Source of the DNA: Squalus acanthias
Taxonomy: Eukaryota
NCBI GenBank assembly: GCA_030390025.1
Contig: CM059432.1
Span: 91,948,001-92,012,000, forward strand
Reading direction: 5' to 3'
Length of the DNA stretch: 64,000 nt
This document shows positions 62,221 to 64,000 of the stretch, in pieces. The notes under the pieces were generated by a model that did not search any database, was not told where the DNA came from, and worked only from the letters and a program-made list of their open reading frames with translations. The first letter of the stretch is position 1; each line of letters starts with the position of its first letter. The position numbers and the translations under genes are program-made.

Positions 62221-64000
62221 AACATAAGAACATAAGAAATAGGAGCAGGAGTAGGCCAATCGGCCCCTCGAGCCTGCTCCGCCATTCAATAAGATCATGG
62301 CTGATCTGATCCTAACCGCCAATCTACTATCTATCACAGAACCATCTCCTGCATCTAACAGAATTGCACACATGAAATAGGAGCAGAATCAGGCTACACG
62401 GTCCCTGGGCCCGCTCCACTACCCACAGGGCCATGACCGGATCCGAACCTAGACTCATGTCCAAATTCCTGCCCGCTCCCCGTAACCCTTAATGCCCTTT
62501 ACTTCTAGGAAACTGTCTATTTCTGTTTTAAATTTATTTAATGATGTAGCTTCTACAGCTTTTTGTGGCAGCATATTCCATGGACCTACCACCCTCTGAG
62601 TGAAGTAGTTCCTCCTCATCTCAGTTTTGAAAGAGCAGCCCCTTATTCTAAGACTATGTCCTCTAGTTCTAGTCTCACCCGTCATTGGGAACATCCTCCC
62701 CGCATCCACCCGATCCAACCCCTTCACAATCTTATATGTTTCAATAAGATCGCCTCTCATTCTTCTGAACTCCAATGCGTAGAGTCCCAATCTACCCAAC
62801 CTCTCCTCATATGACCACCCCCTCATCCCCGGGATTAACCGAGTGAACCTTTTTTGCACTGCCTCGAGAGCAAGGATGTCTTTCCTTAAGTAAGGACACC
62901 AAAATTGTATGCAGTATTCCAGGTGCGGTCTCACCAATACATAGAAACATAGAATCTAGGAGCAGGAGTAGGCCATTCGGCCCGTCGAGCCTGCCCCACC
63001 ATTCAATACGATCATGGCTGATCATCCAAGTCCAGTACCCTGTCCCTGCTTTAATCCCCACAGTACACATATCCCACCCTACCCCTGTAACCCCACGTAT
63101 TTAATTCCCTCCTAACATATCCCATCCTATCCCCATAACCCCACATATTTAATCCCCCCCTAACACTAAGGGTCAATTTATCATAGCCAAATCAACCTAA
63201 CCCGCACATTTTTGGACTGTGGGAGGAAACCGGAGCACCCGGAGAAAACCCACGCAGACACGGGGAGAATGTGCAAACTCCACACAGACAGTCACCCGAG
63301 GTCAGATTCGAACCCGGGTCCCTGGCGCTGTGAGGCACCAGTGCTAACCACTATGCCACCGTGTTACCTTGTACAACTGAAGCAATACCTCCCTATTTTT
63401 ATATTCTATCCCCCTAGCAATGAAAGCCAACATTCCATTTGCCTTCTTAATCACTTGCTGCACCTGCATACTAACCTTTTGAGTTTCGTGCACCAGGACC
63501 CCCAGATCCCTTTGCACTTCAGTACTCTCCAGTTTCTTGCCATTAAGATAATAAATTGCTCTAGGATTTTTCCTGCCAAAGTGCATCACCTCACACTTTC
63601 CAGTGTTGTATTCCATCTGCCAAATCTCTGCCCACTTACTTAGCCTGTCTATGTCCCCTTGCAGGTTTTTTATGTCCTCCTCACTCACTACTTTCCCTCC
63701 CATCTTTGTATCATCTGCAAATTTTGATATGTTACACTTGGTCCCTTCCTCCAAATCGTTAATATAGATTGTAAAGAGTTGGGGACCCAGCACTGACCCC
63801 TGTGGAACACCACTAGTTACTGATTGCCAGTCTGAGAATGAACCATTTATCCCAACTCTTTGCTTTCTGTTAGATAGCCAATCCTCTATCCATGCCAGAA
63901 TATTACCCCCAATCCCGTGATTTTTTACCTTAAGCAATAATCTTTTGTGTGTGGCACCTTGTCAAATGCCTTTTGGAAGTCTAAATACACTACGTCCACT
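62221..64000 (-). mobile_element. CR1 LINE RT and 3'UTR (runs off the window), interrupted by an HE1-like SINE
   Basis: GVPQGSVLGP, FADDTK and RPHLEYC motifs. Confidence 0.93.
62940..63362 (-). mobile_element. HE1-like V-SINE
   Basis: Near-identical to 9345-9760. Confidence 0.85.

Overview
Vertebrate nuclear DNA, most likely a cartilaginous fish (inferred from HE1/V-SINE-type and Deu-domain SINEs, abundant CR1 LINEs, Penelope-like and PIF/Harbinger elements). The one host gene I can support is on the minus strand and is mostly missed by the ORF track. It is the 5' four coding exons of an interleukin-7 (IL7) orthologue (12301-12292, 5562-5417, 5323-5243, 1920-1783; the last exon(s) were not found and probably lie left of base 1), with an IRF element and a uORF at its promoter. 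The remaining ~52 kb is repeat-dense upstream DNA. It holds a structurally complete Harbinger transposon (51779-55629) with a matching family of ~0.76 kb non-autonomous elements, and three arrays of a 32-bp minisatellite, two of them capped by a Harbinger TIR, arranged around a tandem duplication. It also holds two copies of a ~400-bp TSD-flanked foldback element that encodes a minimal hammerhead ribozyme on each strand. All family assignments are by eye and from memory; no database search was run.
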